A stretch of DNA of 64,000 nt. Source: an uncultured bacterium. GTDB taxonomy: Bacteria; Zixibacteria; MSB-5A5; UBA10806. Shown in pieces: positions 41,046 to 49,970 of the stretch. The DNA lies in contig CBEUCH010000014.1 of NCBI GenBank assembly GCA_965541585.1, forward strand, positions 22,391 through 86,390, read 5' to 3'. Every line of letters starts with the position of its first letter. Positions within the stretch are counted from its first letter, which is position 1. The notes under the pieces are model-generated. The model worked only from the letters and a program-made list of their open reading frames with translations. It did not search any database and was not told the DNA's origin. Made by a program: the position numbers and the translations under genes.

Positions 41046-41948
41046 ATGAAAAGAGTTAAGATTTTGATTGTCGCCATAATTGCGTCAAACGTTCTGTTTC
41101 ACGCATGTGGCGGAGGAAAGAAGTCATCCCCGGATCTGAGCTGTTCGGATTTTTTACCGGAGGAAATTGCTCAAGCCGGAATCGAACGATCGTCGGAGAT
41201 AAGAACTTTTGAGGGCGAATCACTTTTTGAATATATCAATGGCGGAGCCGAAATCTACCATTCGTATAACTTCGTTGAGGTCGCCGCGGCAAATTATACA
41301 TCCAACGGTATGGAGATGGCGGCGGATATCTATCGCTTTGAGAATTCGGATAATGCGTATGGATTATTCGCCTCGTTTCGGCCGGATAATCCGGCGTTCG
41401 TCGTGCTCGGCGCTGAAGGATTCAGTTCTCCAACGAGTATCGATTTCGTCAAAGGGCCGTTTGTTGTCAGGGTAATTGGATTTGAAGAGTCAGCCGAGAT
41501 CGAACAGGCAATAAATGTGCTGGCATCGGAAATTAACGGCATCTTACCGGCAGACGATCGTCTTCCTCAAAAGTTCTCTCTTTTTCCGGGGGGGGATATT
41601 ATCGACGCCACCGATAGAATCTACGCCGAATCGTTTCTCGGTCATGGTTTCCTGGCTGACGTATACACCCGAAAATATAGACTGGACGGCGATACGCTTA
41701 CCTTATTTATGACTGAAGATGGATCGGGAGAGAAATTCAGTATGTGGTTTGAGTCCGGCGCTGTCGACGGTTCGGCGGAGCCTGCCGCCGAATATCTTTT
41801 ATTCGATGACGGAAGAGCCTTTGTAATTGAAAATAACTACTATGGAATGATCGTAGCCGGCCTGAAAGGCGGGGACTTGCTGGGGGGAATAAATTACAGC
41901 GATGATAAGAAAGATTTCCTGACGGCCTGGCTTGATTCGTTCTATTGA
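41046..41948 (+). CDS. Lipoprotein, DUF6599-like
   Basis: MKRVK..FHAC signal; LFEYINGGAEIY and NAYGLF motifs. Confidence 0.7.
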   Translation: MKRVKILIVAIIASNVLFHACGGGKKSSPDLSCSDFLPEEIAQAGIERSSEIRTFEGESLFEYINGGAEIYHSYNFVEVAAANYTSNGMEMAADIYRFENSDNAYGLFASFRPDNPAFVVLGAEGFSSPTSIDFVKGPFVVRVIGFEESAEIEQAINVLASEINGILPADDRLPQKFSLFPGGDIIDATDRIYAESFLGHGFLADVYTRKYRLDGDTLTLFMTEDGSGEKFSMWFESGAVDGSAEPAAEYLLFDDGRAFVIENNYYGMIVAGLKGGDLLGGINYSDDKKDFLTAWLDSFY

Positions 41949-41991
41949 TCTTCCGGATGTGCTCGAGGATCAATCTCGTCTCTTAAAGGCT

Positions 41992-43209
41992 CTATGCATA
42001 CATCGTCTTAAGTTCGCCGATTCTTCGATGAATATCAACCGCATTGGCGCATTGAGCTAAGCACTGCGCACATGATGTGCATGCCTGGATGCCTCTGGAT
42101 CTGGGAATGTCATCTAATACCGCCCGGGCATGATGGAAATTCGCATATTGGGCAGCATACATATGTGTTCTCATGAGCGTCGGCACGTCGGCGCCCTTCG
42201 GACAGGATGGCACACATTGACGGCATTGCCGGCAAAATCCCATGCTCAACGTGATGCTGTTGTCTGAGAGAAACTCCTTTTCCTCGGGTGTATATTCCAA
42301 GTTTCCAGCGACGGAGAAGTCCTCATGCATATGCTCGAAGTTGTTGTATCCCGGAATTGCAGTGGTAATATTTTCGTTGCGCATCACCCATTTGAGGCAG
42401 GCCGTGGCGATTGTTGTGCTCTTGAATCTTCTAAGTGTTTCGGGATTCGGTAACCTTGGCCCGCCGGCCTGGGTCTTCATGGCTATTATGCCGACGCCCT
42501 TAGATGCTGCATTTTCGATGGCGCTTAAAAGGTCGACATCGTCGGCCATGGCAACATTGATAGCCGTAAGTACAACGTCATAAAATCCTTTCTCGGCGAC
42601 CGCATTTATAACCTCTGACATTGCTTCATGCGTGGATACGCCGACAAATCTTATTTTCCCCTGCTTTTTTAATAGCGCCAGCGCTTCCATGACATCCGGG
42701 TCGTTGACTTCCTCGGCGCTGGTTACCGTGTGGATATACAATATATCGATATAATCAGTTTTAAGGCGATTGAGACTGCCCTCGCAAAGATCGATCAGCT
42801 TCTCTTTGACCAGCTTCGGCGTCATATCGCCTCGCTGAACCGGTCTGAGCTCCTTGGTGGCGATTACCACCTTATCTCTTACTCCTAATTGTTTGATGAC
42901 GCTGCCAACCATCTGCTCATTTCGTCCATACTGATACCGAGCCGCAGTGTCGAAATGGCGAACACCGATCTCGTAAGATGCCTGTACTATCTCCGGGTTG
43001 TTGGCATTCATAACACCCATACTGACTATGGGAATTTTCAAACCTGTTCTACCAAGCGTGCGGTACAGAATTTCTCCCTTGGAATTGGCCGTCTCTTTGG
43101 TTTCCTGGGCCAGAACCATCCCGGGTGAGAGGCCCAGGATACTCGTTGTAGCTAAGCCGGTTATCGATGTTGACAGAAATCCTCTTCTTGTAAACTTACT
43201 ATCTCCCAT
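41992..43209 (-). CDS. Tat-exported aldo/keto reductase with C-terminal Fe-S domain
   Basis: TRRGFL Tat motif; YRTLGRTG; FDTAARY; two CxxCxxCxxxC clusters; GGAGG before ATG 43209. Confidence 0.9.
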   Translation of the reverse strand: MGDSKFTRRGFLSTSITGLATTSILGLSPGMVLAQETKETANSKGEILYRTLGRTGLKIPIVSMGVMNANNPEIVQASYEIGVRHFDTAARYQYGRNEQMVGSVIKQLGVRDKVVIATKELRPVQRGDMTPKLVKEKLIDLCEGSLNRLKTDYIDILYIHTVTSAEEVNDPDVMEALALLKKQGKIRFVGVSTHEAMSEVINAVAEKGFYDVVLTAINVAMADDVDLLSAIENAASKGVGIIAMKTQAGGPRLPNPETLRRFKSTTIATACLKWVMRNENITTAIPGYNNFEHMHEDFSVAGNLEYTPEEKEFLSDNSITLSMGFCRQCRQCVPSCPKGADVPTLMRTHMYAAQYANFHHARAVLDDIPRSRGIQACTSCAQCLAQCANAVDIHRRIGELKTMYA

Positions 43210-43333
43210 TGCGTCCTCCATCGGTGCCATCTACCAAAGAGCCTTATCTTAGCCTGGCAAATATTCCCTGAATGAATTTGTTTAGCAAGACCTAATGCTT
43301 TTATTCTCCCAACTTTTTATAATCGTTCCTGGT

Positions 43334-44902
43334 CTATCCTTCCAGCCTTTTCAAGCTCTCTTCAGCGTGATTCTTGATGGCCTCTTTCAACTGTTCCGAA
43401 GTTGTTGTGTCTCCGGGCAGAGCTTCCAGAGCTTTCCTGAGGTATTTGATTGCCTGCTCATTCTGGCCGCTCGCTTCACATGCCTCGGCGAGACTGTCCC
43501 AGGTATTGGCGGAAAGCGGATACGCATCGCTATTCATTTTGAATATCCTGATAGCATCGTCGAAATTTCCCATCTGAAGAAATTGGTAACCGATGGCATT
43601 GAATACGGCCTCAGTGAAAAACACCCGTCCGGAATCCTTGAATTTTTCATATATCTCAAAAGCTTTCTCTACGCTGTCTTCTCTTATGATACCCATAAAT
43701 TGCGCTGGTGTTGGTGGAACCTCTCCGGCCGGCTGAAACCTGTATTCGATTCCCTTTTTTTCATCGAAGTCTTCCAAAAACCGTCGGCTCTCGTTATCAT
43801 CGTTCAGATGAGCATTGAGAAAATTGAACACATAGAAGCACAATTCATCGTAATGGGCTCCGTCTGTCTCCTGCGGTTGAGTCTCTCCACGCAGAATCAT
43901 AGATGATGACTTTCCATAACTGGTAAGATCCAAGTGGTTCAGCCGGCTGAATTTCACTGAGTATCTTTGAGAATATTCGAATGAGTCGACCAGAGAGAAG
44001 TCAACGGATTCTATCTCTCCGGAGTAGATCTGTGCCAGGGGGGAAGTCATCCTCTGAACATCGTAGTATGGATTTCGCCGCGCCTGTTCGAGATTGTCCT
44101 CTGAAATATATGACCCATCAAAGCTCGCCATAGCATCTATGTCGCTGTTGCGCATTTGCAGAAGCAAGGCCGCCAGACCTCCCGAGCCGCAGCCCACGAC
44201 TCCAAATTTGTTGACGTTTACGTTCGGGAGATCACGCGCAGTAGCGATAATATATTCCATATCCCTGACAACTGTTTCGATATCTCGTTGATCGAGCGCG
44301 GGATTTAAACCCGTCATTCCTACCGAATGGGTGGTCGCCACCATGAATCCCCGGCTGGCCAGGTATTCACATAAGACCAGATTCTCAGATATTCCTCTAC
44401 TTAGCTCAGGGCTGTAAATTATCAGGGGAAATGATCCCGCCTGCGGAGGGGCGTCCCTGATTGCGCCAACTTTCACGCTGAGCAGATCCAGGACGCCGCC
44501 GCGGTTGTTCTCCAGCAGACGATGCAGCCATTGAATTTCACGACCCTGGATTTCCGACAAAAAATCGAAAAATCTGCTGTCCTCAGGATAGGGAAAAACA
44601 TATTCCCCGTATACCATCGGTGATAACTCCGTTGTCGTTTGGGCGGGATACCAGATGCAGATCTGAATCGGACGAGCCCTCTCACCGTCAGTCGGCCTGC
44701 CGAAATAGTCGTGCTTGGCCCTGGATACTCTCGAATTGTCATACTTTTCAATCGTTTTAAATCCGACCGCATACGGGCCGGGCTCGAGGTTTCCCCATAT
44801 CGCCGGTGTTTTGCCAATTGCGCTGGTTCGACTGATGAAGATGAATAATATTAGAGAAACCGTAATCACCAGATAGAATCTTATACCTTTGAGCATTTTC
44901 AC
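43334..44902 (-). CDS. Secreted alpha/beta-hydrolase-fold protein with C-terminal TPR
   Basis: PGPYAVG, RPIQICIWYPA, EYLASRGF; TPR-like NAIGY..ANTWDSLAEA. Confidence 0.8.
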   Translation of the reverse strand: MKMLKGIRFYLVITVSLILFIFISRTSAIGKTPAIWGNLEPGPYAVGFKTIEKYDNSRVSRAKHDYFGRPTDGERARPIQICIWYPAQTTTELSPMVYGEYVFPYPEDSRFFDFLSEIQGREIQWLHRLLENNRGGVLDLLSVKVGAIRDAPPQAGSFPLIIYSPELSRGISENLVLCEYLASRGFMVATTHSVGMTGLNPALDQRDIETVVRDMEYIIATARDLPNVNVNKFGVVGCGSGGLAALLLQMRNSDIDAMASFDGSYISEDNLEQARRNPYYDVQRMTSPLAQIYSGEIESVDFSLVDSFEYSQRYSVKFSRLNHLDLTSYGKSSSMILRGETQPQETDGAHYDELCFYVFNFLNAHLNDDNESRRFLEDFDEKKGIEYRFQPAGEVPPTPAQFMGIIREDSVEKAFEIYEKFKDSGRVFFTEAVFNAIGYQFLQMGNFDDAIRIFKMNSDAYPLSANTWDSLAEACEASGQNEQAIKYLRKALEALPGDTTTSEQLKEAIKNHAEESLKRLEG

Positions 44903-45097
44903 CCTGCCTTTTCAAGCATTCTGATCGGAATTATCTTCTTTATCATGGTGGCTCGATAAGACCATCACCTTATACCGGATACGGGAAATAGAGCCTGTTG
45001 TTGCCTGTTTTCGGAATCAAGTTCCGGTAACAAACCGCTCATGACTATTTTTCCTCGTAATGACCTCTGGATGATGGCGAATGATTGATTCGGTCTC

Positions 45098-46426
45098 TTA
45101 CTTTCGCTCACCGGCTAACCACTCTTCCACTGCCGTGCGCTCCCTGGGAATTTGTGCGGAGAGAATCTTATGTCCTTTTCGGGTTACCAGGATATCATCC
45201 TCAATGCGGACTCCGATTTCGAGATCGGGCAAATAGATTCCCGGTTCGACAGTTATGACCATCCCCGGCGCCAGCGGCACCCAGGGATCGGAGAGATCGT
45301 GTACTGCCAATCCTAAATGATGCGATGTTGAATGGATGAAATCATCGGCATAACCCGCCTGACGGATGATATCCCTCGCGATCTCATCAATTTCGCGCAA
45401 GGTAATCCCGGGTTTGATGGCGTCTATGGCTGCATTTTGTGCACTGAGCACAATGTCGTAGATTTTTGCCTGTTCGGCGGAGAACGTGCCATCTACCGGC
45501 AGGGTACGACTGATATCGGAGGCGTAATGATCCCACTCAGCGCCGACATCCAGCAAAAGCAATTGGCCGGCAGTTAATGCCTGGTTGCGTTTCTCGTAGT
45601 GGAGTATGGTTGTTTCCTCTCCCGCGCCGACGATTGGCGAAAAAGCCATGTGCTGCGCACCGCGCCTCTTGAACGATTCCTCGAGTATACCGTCAAGCTG
45701 GAATTCTTTAACGCCGGGCTTTATCGATGCCAGAAGTTCCGTTAATCCTTCATAAGTTACTTGAATCGCCGTTTCTATCGCTGCAATCTCCTCGCCTGTT
45801 TTTATCATTCTCATCGATTCAAGAAAGCGCGAGGAATTCTCGATTTTGACTCCGGGAATACGTTCCTTGACCTTTTCGTAATATTCCAGATCCGGCGGAA
45901 CGTCCACCGAGGGTTTTACTATCTTTGAAATAAGGTGCAGCGTTGGATTTTGCTTCATCTGCGACACGATCAGGCCGTCAAGGGAGCGTATTCTATAGAT
46001 GCGATCGAATCCCCATGCGACCTTCAGTGATTCGGATAGCGCGGGACGTATCCCGGTCCAGCGTTCAGCCTCGATATCCCGGGGAGGCAGAAGCAAAACC
46101 TGTCTATCGACTGCTTCCGGGCACAAAACCAGGATAGCATCCGGCTCGTCAAGGCCGGTCAGATACCAGAAATTACCGTCGGAACGATAACCGGTATCGC
46201 CACTGTAACCCTGCGAATAGAGTACCGCGGTCCCAGCGCCGATGGAATCAAGCAAAGCTAACCTACGTTTCTTAAACTCCTCCATGCCGATTTGCCGCCG
46301 ATCAGAATTGTCCGGATTCTGCGCACTTATACCCACAACTCCCAGGATATAAGACGATATGAAGATCAATACCGATATTATACAAAAGAGGCGCCTGCTA
46401 TCACGTTTATGGAGCTTGTTTTTCAT
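45098..46426 (-). CDS. Xaa-Pro aminopeptidase (M24B), with signal peptide
   Basis: DVGAE, SDISRT, HHLGLAVHD, TVEPGIY and RIEDD metal-ligand motifs. Confidence 0.92.
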   Translation of the reverse strand: MKNKLHKRDSRRLFCIISVLIFISSYILGVVGISAQNPDNSDRRQIGMEEFKKRRLALLDSIGAGTAVLYSQGYSGDTGYRSDGNFWYLTGLDEPDAILVLCPEAVDRQVLLLPPRDIEAERWTGIRPALSESLKVAWGFDRIYRIRSLDGLIVSQMKQNPTLHLISKIVKPSVDVPPDLEYYEKVKERIPGVKIENSSRFLESMRMIKTGEEIAAIETAIQVTYEGLTELLASIKPGVKEFQLDGILEESFKRRGAQHMAFSPIVGAGEETTILHYEKRNQALTAGQLLLLDVGAEWDHYASDISRTLPVDGTFSAEQAKIYDIVLSAQNAAIDAIKPGITLREIDEIARDIIRQAGYADDFIHSTSHHLGLAVHDLSDPWVPLAPGMVITVEPGIYLPDLEIGVRIEDDILVTRKGHKILSAQIPRERTAVEEWLAGERK

Positions 46427-46695
46427 ACTTTACCGACCTTTAAGAAGAACCTTTCTGACATACGAACTCTATCGACTCATCTTAATGTATCCTATGAGAA
46501 GAATTCGATTTTTTCAAGCTCGTTCTTTTACCTATTGCAGCCAACCCGCACCCGTCGTTTAACAGCGTATAGCTTTTCTCTGAGCGATTTAATGTATTAC
46601 TGACAGGGGCCGGAATTTGTCTTAAAATGCCTGCAGGGCTGACAATCGTAGTGACGGTTGGGAGAATTCGGTTCAAATTTGTTGAGGAGGTCCTC

Positions 46696-47919
46696 ATGTC
46701 TTCATTCGTTGCCCATATGGAAAGCGCTATCGACGGAACGCTTCTGCCCGCAGATAGGCCTCAAACCACTCATGCCGACAAGCCTCTATGGGTTCGCTAT
46801 GATCTGGATGCCATCCGAAAAGCATTGACCAGGGAAAAGCTGAAGGATCGAGAGCCGACAATCTGGCGTTATAGAGAATTGCTTCCCCCCGGCATAGACG
46901 ATGAGGTTATCTCGCTGGGGGAGGGAATGACTCCGCTGCTCCGCTGCTCGAACCTGGGAGCAAAGATCGGATCGGATGATCTGTGGATCAAAGACGAGTC
47001 ACAATTGCCGACCGGCAGCTTCAAGAGCCGTGGACTCGCCATGGCGATTAACATGGCACACAAGTTCGGGATTAAGCGGGTCGCCGTTCCCACCGCCGGA
47101 AATGCCGGTGCCGCAACGGCCGCTTACGCTGCGCGGGCCGGTATAGAAGCTTATGTTTTTATGCCCGAGGATACGCCGTCGATCAATCAATACGAGACAC
47201 ATCTTTATGGAGCCCGGACCTTTCTTGTCAACGGTCTCATAGCCGATTGCGGCAGGATCGTCCGAGAGGGCAAGGAGGCTATGGACTGGTTCGATCTTTC
47301 CACTCTCAAGGAACCATATCGTATAGAGGGGAAAAAGACAATGGGTCTGGAGTTGGCGGAGCAGTTTAACTGGGAGCTGCCTGACGTGATTCTCTATCCC
47401 ACCGGAGGCGGCACCGGTTTGATCGGCATCTGGAAGGCATTCGAGGAACTGGGTGAATTAGGGTGGCTCAAAAATGAGAAACGACCGCGTATGGTGGCTG
47501 TTCAATCCGATGGATGTTGTCCAATCGTTAGCGCTTTCGAGTCGGGGAAACGTTTCGCCGAACCCTTCGCGGGCCCAAAAACTATCGCCAGCGGCATAAG
47601 GGTGCCGTCGGCTGTGGGTGATTTCATGATCCTGGATACGATCCGGGCCAGCGGAGGCCGGGCTGTTGCAGTGGAGGAGAAGCGTTTAAGAGAATGGATG
47701 AACCTGGCAATCTCTACCGAAGGTATATCGATTTGCCCGGAGACCGCGGCCTGCGTTGGAGCGCTCGAGCTTTTGACTTCCGAGGGCTGGATTACACGTG
47801 GAGAGCGAACGGTTATTCTAAATACAGCAGCGGCACAGAAATACGTAGAGATCATAGCGCTCGACCTGCCGCGAATAGACAAAGACATCCCTATCGATTG
47901 GGAGAGAATTATCGGCTGA
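46696..47919 (+). CDS. thrC: Threonine synthase-like fold-type II PLP enzyme
   Basis: SLGEGMTPL, PTGSFKSRG, TAGNAG and PTGGGTG motifs; GAGGAGG SD before ATG 46696. Confidence 0.85.
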   Translation: MSSFVAHMESAIDGTLLPADRPQTTHADKPLWVRYDLDAIRKALTREKLKDREPTIWRYRELLPPGIDDEVISLGEGMTPLLRCSNLGAKIGSDDLWIKDESQLPTGSFKSRGLAMAINMAHKFGIKRVAVPTAGNAGAATAAYAARAGIEAYVFMPEDTPSINQYETHLYGARTFLVNGLIADCGRIVREGKEAMDWFDLSTLKEPYRIEGKKTMGLELAEQFNWELPDVILYPTGGGTGLIGIWKAFEELGELGWLKNEKRPRMVAVQSDGCCPIVSAFESGKRFAEPFAGPKTIASGIRVPSAVGDFMILDTIRASGGRAVAVEEKRLREWMNLAISTEGISICPETAACVGALELLTSEGWITRGERTVILNTAAAQKYVEIIALDLPRIDKDIPIDWERIIG

Positions 47920-47927
47920 CGTTATTT

Positions 47928-49823
47928 CTATATTTCGCCGGACAATTGCTTTGCTAAGAAACTTTCCATCGCACGGTAGAAATCGAATTTATTTTCCTCG
48001 TTAACAAACCCATGCCCTTCGTTTTCTTTGACAATGTATTCGACTTCTATTCCGCGTTCCCTCAGGGCATTCACAATCTGGTCGGATTCTTCTTTATTCA
48101 CTCTTGGATCATTGGCACCTTGAGCTACAAGAAGCGGTACTTTTATCTTGTCGATATGGAAAACCGGGGATACGGCTGCCAGAAGCGCACTGTCTTTCTC
48201 GGGATGGCCAACCATTTCATATATCATCTCTCTATAGGGCTCCCAGTATGGTGGAATGGCGTTCATCCAGGTAAAAATGTTGGAGACACCGACATAATCC
48301 ACACCGCAGGTATAAAGATCCGGAGTAAAAGCAAGTCCGGCAAGAGTCGCATATCCGCCATAACTACCGCCATAAATAGCTATTCTCTCAGGATCGGCAA
48401 TCTCCTGATCAATAAGCCAATTAACGCCGTCGGTTATATCGTCCTGCATCTTCTTGCCCCACTCCTTAAAAGAAGATTGCCAGAATTTCTTCCCGTAGCC
48501 AATCGATCCCCTGAAATTCATTTGAAAAACAGCATAGCCGCGATTGGCCAGAAACTGTATTTCCGGGCTGAAACGCCAGCTATCCCGGGCCCAGGGGCCA
48601 CCGTGCGGGTTCACGACAACCGGAAGATTATTCGCTTTCTGCCCTTTCGGCATTGTCAAATAACCATGGATTGTCAATCCATCCCTTGATTTGTAAACAA
48701 TCGGCTTCATTTCTGCCAGCTGGTCTTCGTCGAGCCAGGGATTTCTCTCCGCCAATTTTGTTATTTTGCCGGTCTCTTTTTCATAAAGATGATATGAGCC
48801 CAACGTGCGATCACTCAGAATTCGAACGATGAATACATCCTCGTCCCGATTGTTAAACGTGAGATGCACTTCGTAACCGGGGAATTTCTTATCTAATGTC
48901 TTATATAATTTTTTTGTTTCTTTGTCCAGCAATTCTCTTTCATACTTCCAGGTGACATATCCGATTTCTGTGAGCACTTTTCGTTTCCTGGAATAACTCA
49001 TTCCACTCACATCCACATCAGGATGCTCATAGACCAATTCCAGTTCATTGTTGTTGGCCAGGTCATATTTTACTATGGCCTGTTTATCCCGTTCAAGATC
49101 GGATAGTGCGTAGATATATTTATTATCAAATGTAAAGAATAATGGCTGAAAGGTATCCTTAAAAGAGGTAGTCATTACCTTCTTAAAGGCCTCTTGTTCA
49201 TTATTCCGATAGAGAATAGTATTATTTACGCCATCGGTCTCAGCGGCAATCCTGATACGGTAATCATGATCTGTTATCCACTGAGTTACTTTACCGGGAT
49301 TCTCAGCCGCCAATGTAAGTTCCCCGGTCACAGTATTAAGCCGATAGGCATCAAATACCTCTCGGTTCCTCCTGTTCATCTGGATCAATATATCCGTATC
49401 GCTGTCTTTCATCTCGTCTATGATACTTACCTTGACACCCTCGAAAGGCGTCAGGTCCGCTTCATTTTCTCCGTTTCTGTCCACGCCAAAGACATGATAA
49501 TTCTCGTCGCCTCCAAAATCGCGGATATAGAGAAGGCGATCATTACCTTTCCAGTAATACCACCAGATATCTCGATCGGTAACGGAAGTGATACGTTTCG
49601 CTTCCTGAGAGCCGACTTCCCGGACAAAAATGTTCATGCGTCTTTCGTAAGGCTGGGTGAACGAAATGTATTTGCCATCCGGCGAAATCTGAAAGTAGGC
49701 CTGCTGAGGATTTTTGAAGAAATCCTCCATAGGAATAAGAGCTGGCTGTTCAGTTGTGCACATAAGGGAGATCGAAAGCATCATTACTAAAACAACAAGT
49801 CCCAGGAAAATCCTATTTCTCAT
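47928..49823 (-). CDS. S9 family peptidase
   Basis: HGGPW, GGSYGG nucleophile, NDPRV, EGHGF. Confidence 0.95.
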   Translation of the reverse strand: MRNRIFLGLVVLVMMLSISLMCTTEQPALIPMEDFFKNPQQAYFQISPDGKYISFTQPYERRMNIFVREVGSQEAKRITSVTDRDIWWYYWKGNDRLLYIRDFGGDENYHVFGVDRNGENEADLTPFEGVKVSIIDEMKDSDTDILIQMNRRNREVFDAYRLNTVTGELTLAAENPGKVTQWITDHDYRIRIAAETDGVNNTILYRNNEQEAFKKVMTTSFKDTFQPLFFTFDNKYIYALSDLERDKQAIVKYDLANNNELELVYEHPDVDVSGMSYSRKRKVLTEIGYVTWKYERELLDKETKKLYKTLDKKFPGYEVHLTFNNRDEDVFIVRILSDRTLGSYHLYEKETGKITKLAERNPWLDEDQLAEMKPIVYKSRDGLTIHGYLTMPKGQKANNLPVVVNPHGGPWARDSWRFSPEIQFLANRGYAVFQMNFRGSIGYGKKFWQSSFKEWGKKMQDDITDGVNWLIDQEIADPERIAIYGGSYGGYATLAGLAFTPDLYTCGVDYVGVSNIFTWMNAIPPYWEPYREMIYEMVGHPEKDSALLAAVSPVFHIDKIKVPLLVAQGANDPRVNKEESDQIVNALRERGIEVEYIVKENEGHGFVNEENKFDFYRAMESFLAKQLSGEI

Positions 49824-49970
49824 GATTCTATTCCTCCGGTTGATAAGTTGAGATTTCTTTTCTAAAAAGGGCGACCTTATTATTCAATGCTTGCAGGAAA
49901 GCTACTAACCGCAGTTTGCGGAAATGAACAGGGAAACGATTGTCAGCCATTTTTCGAAATTTACCAGTCC

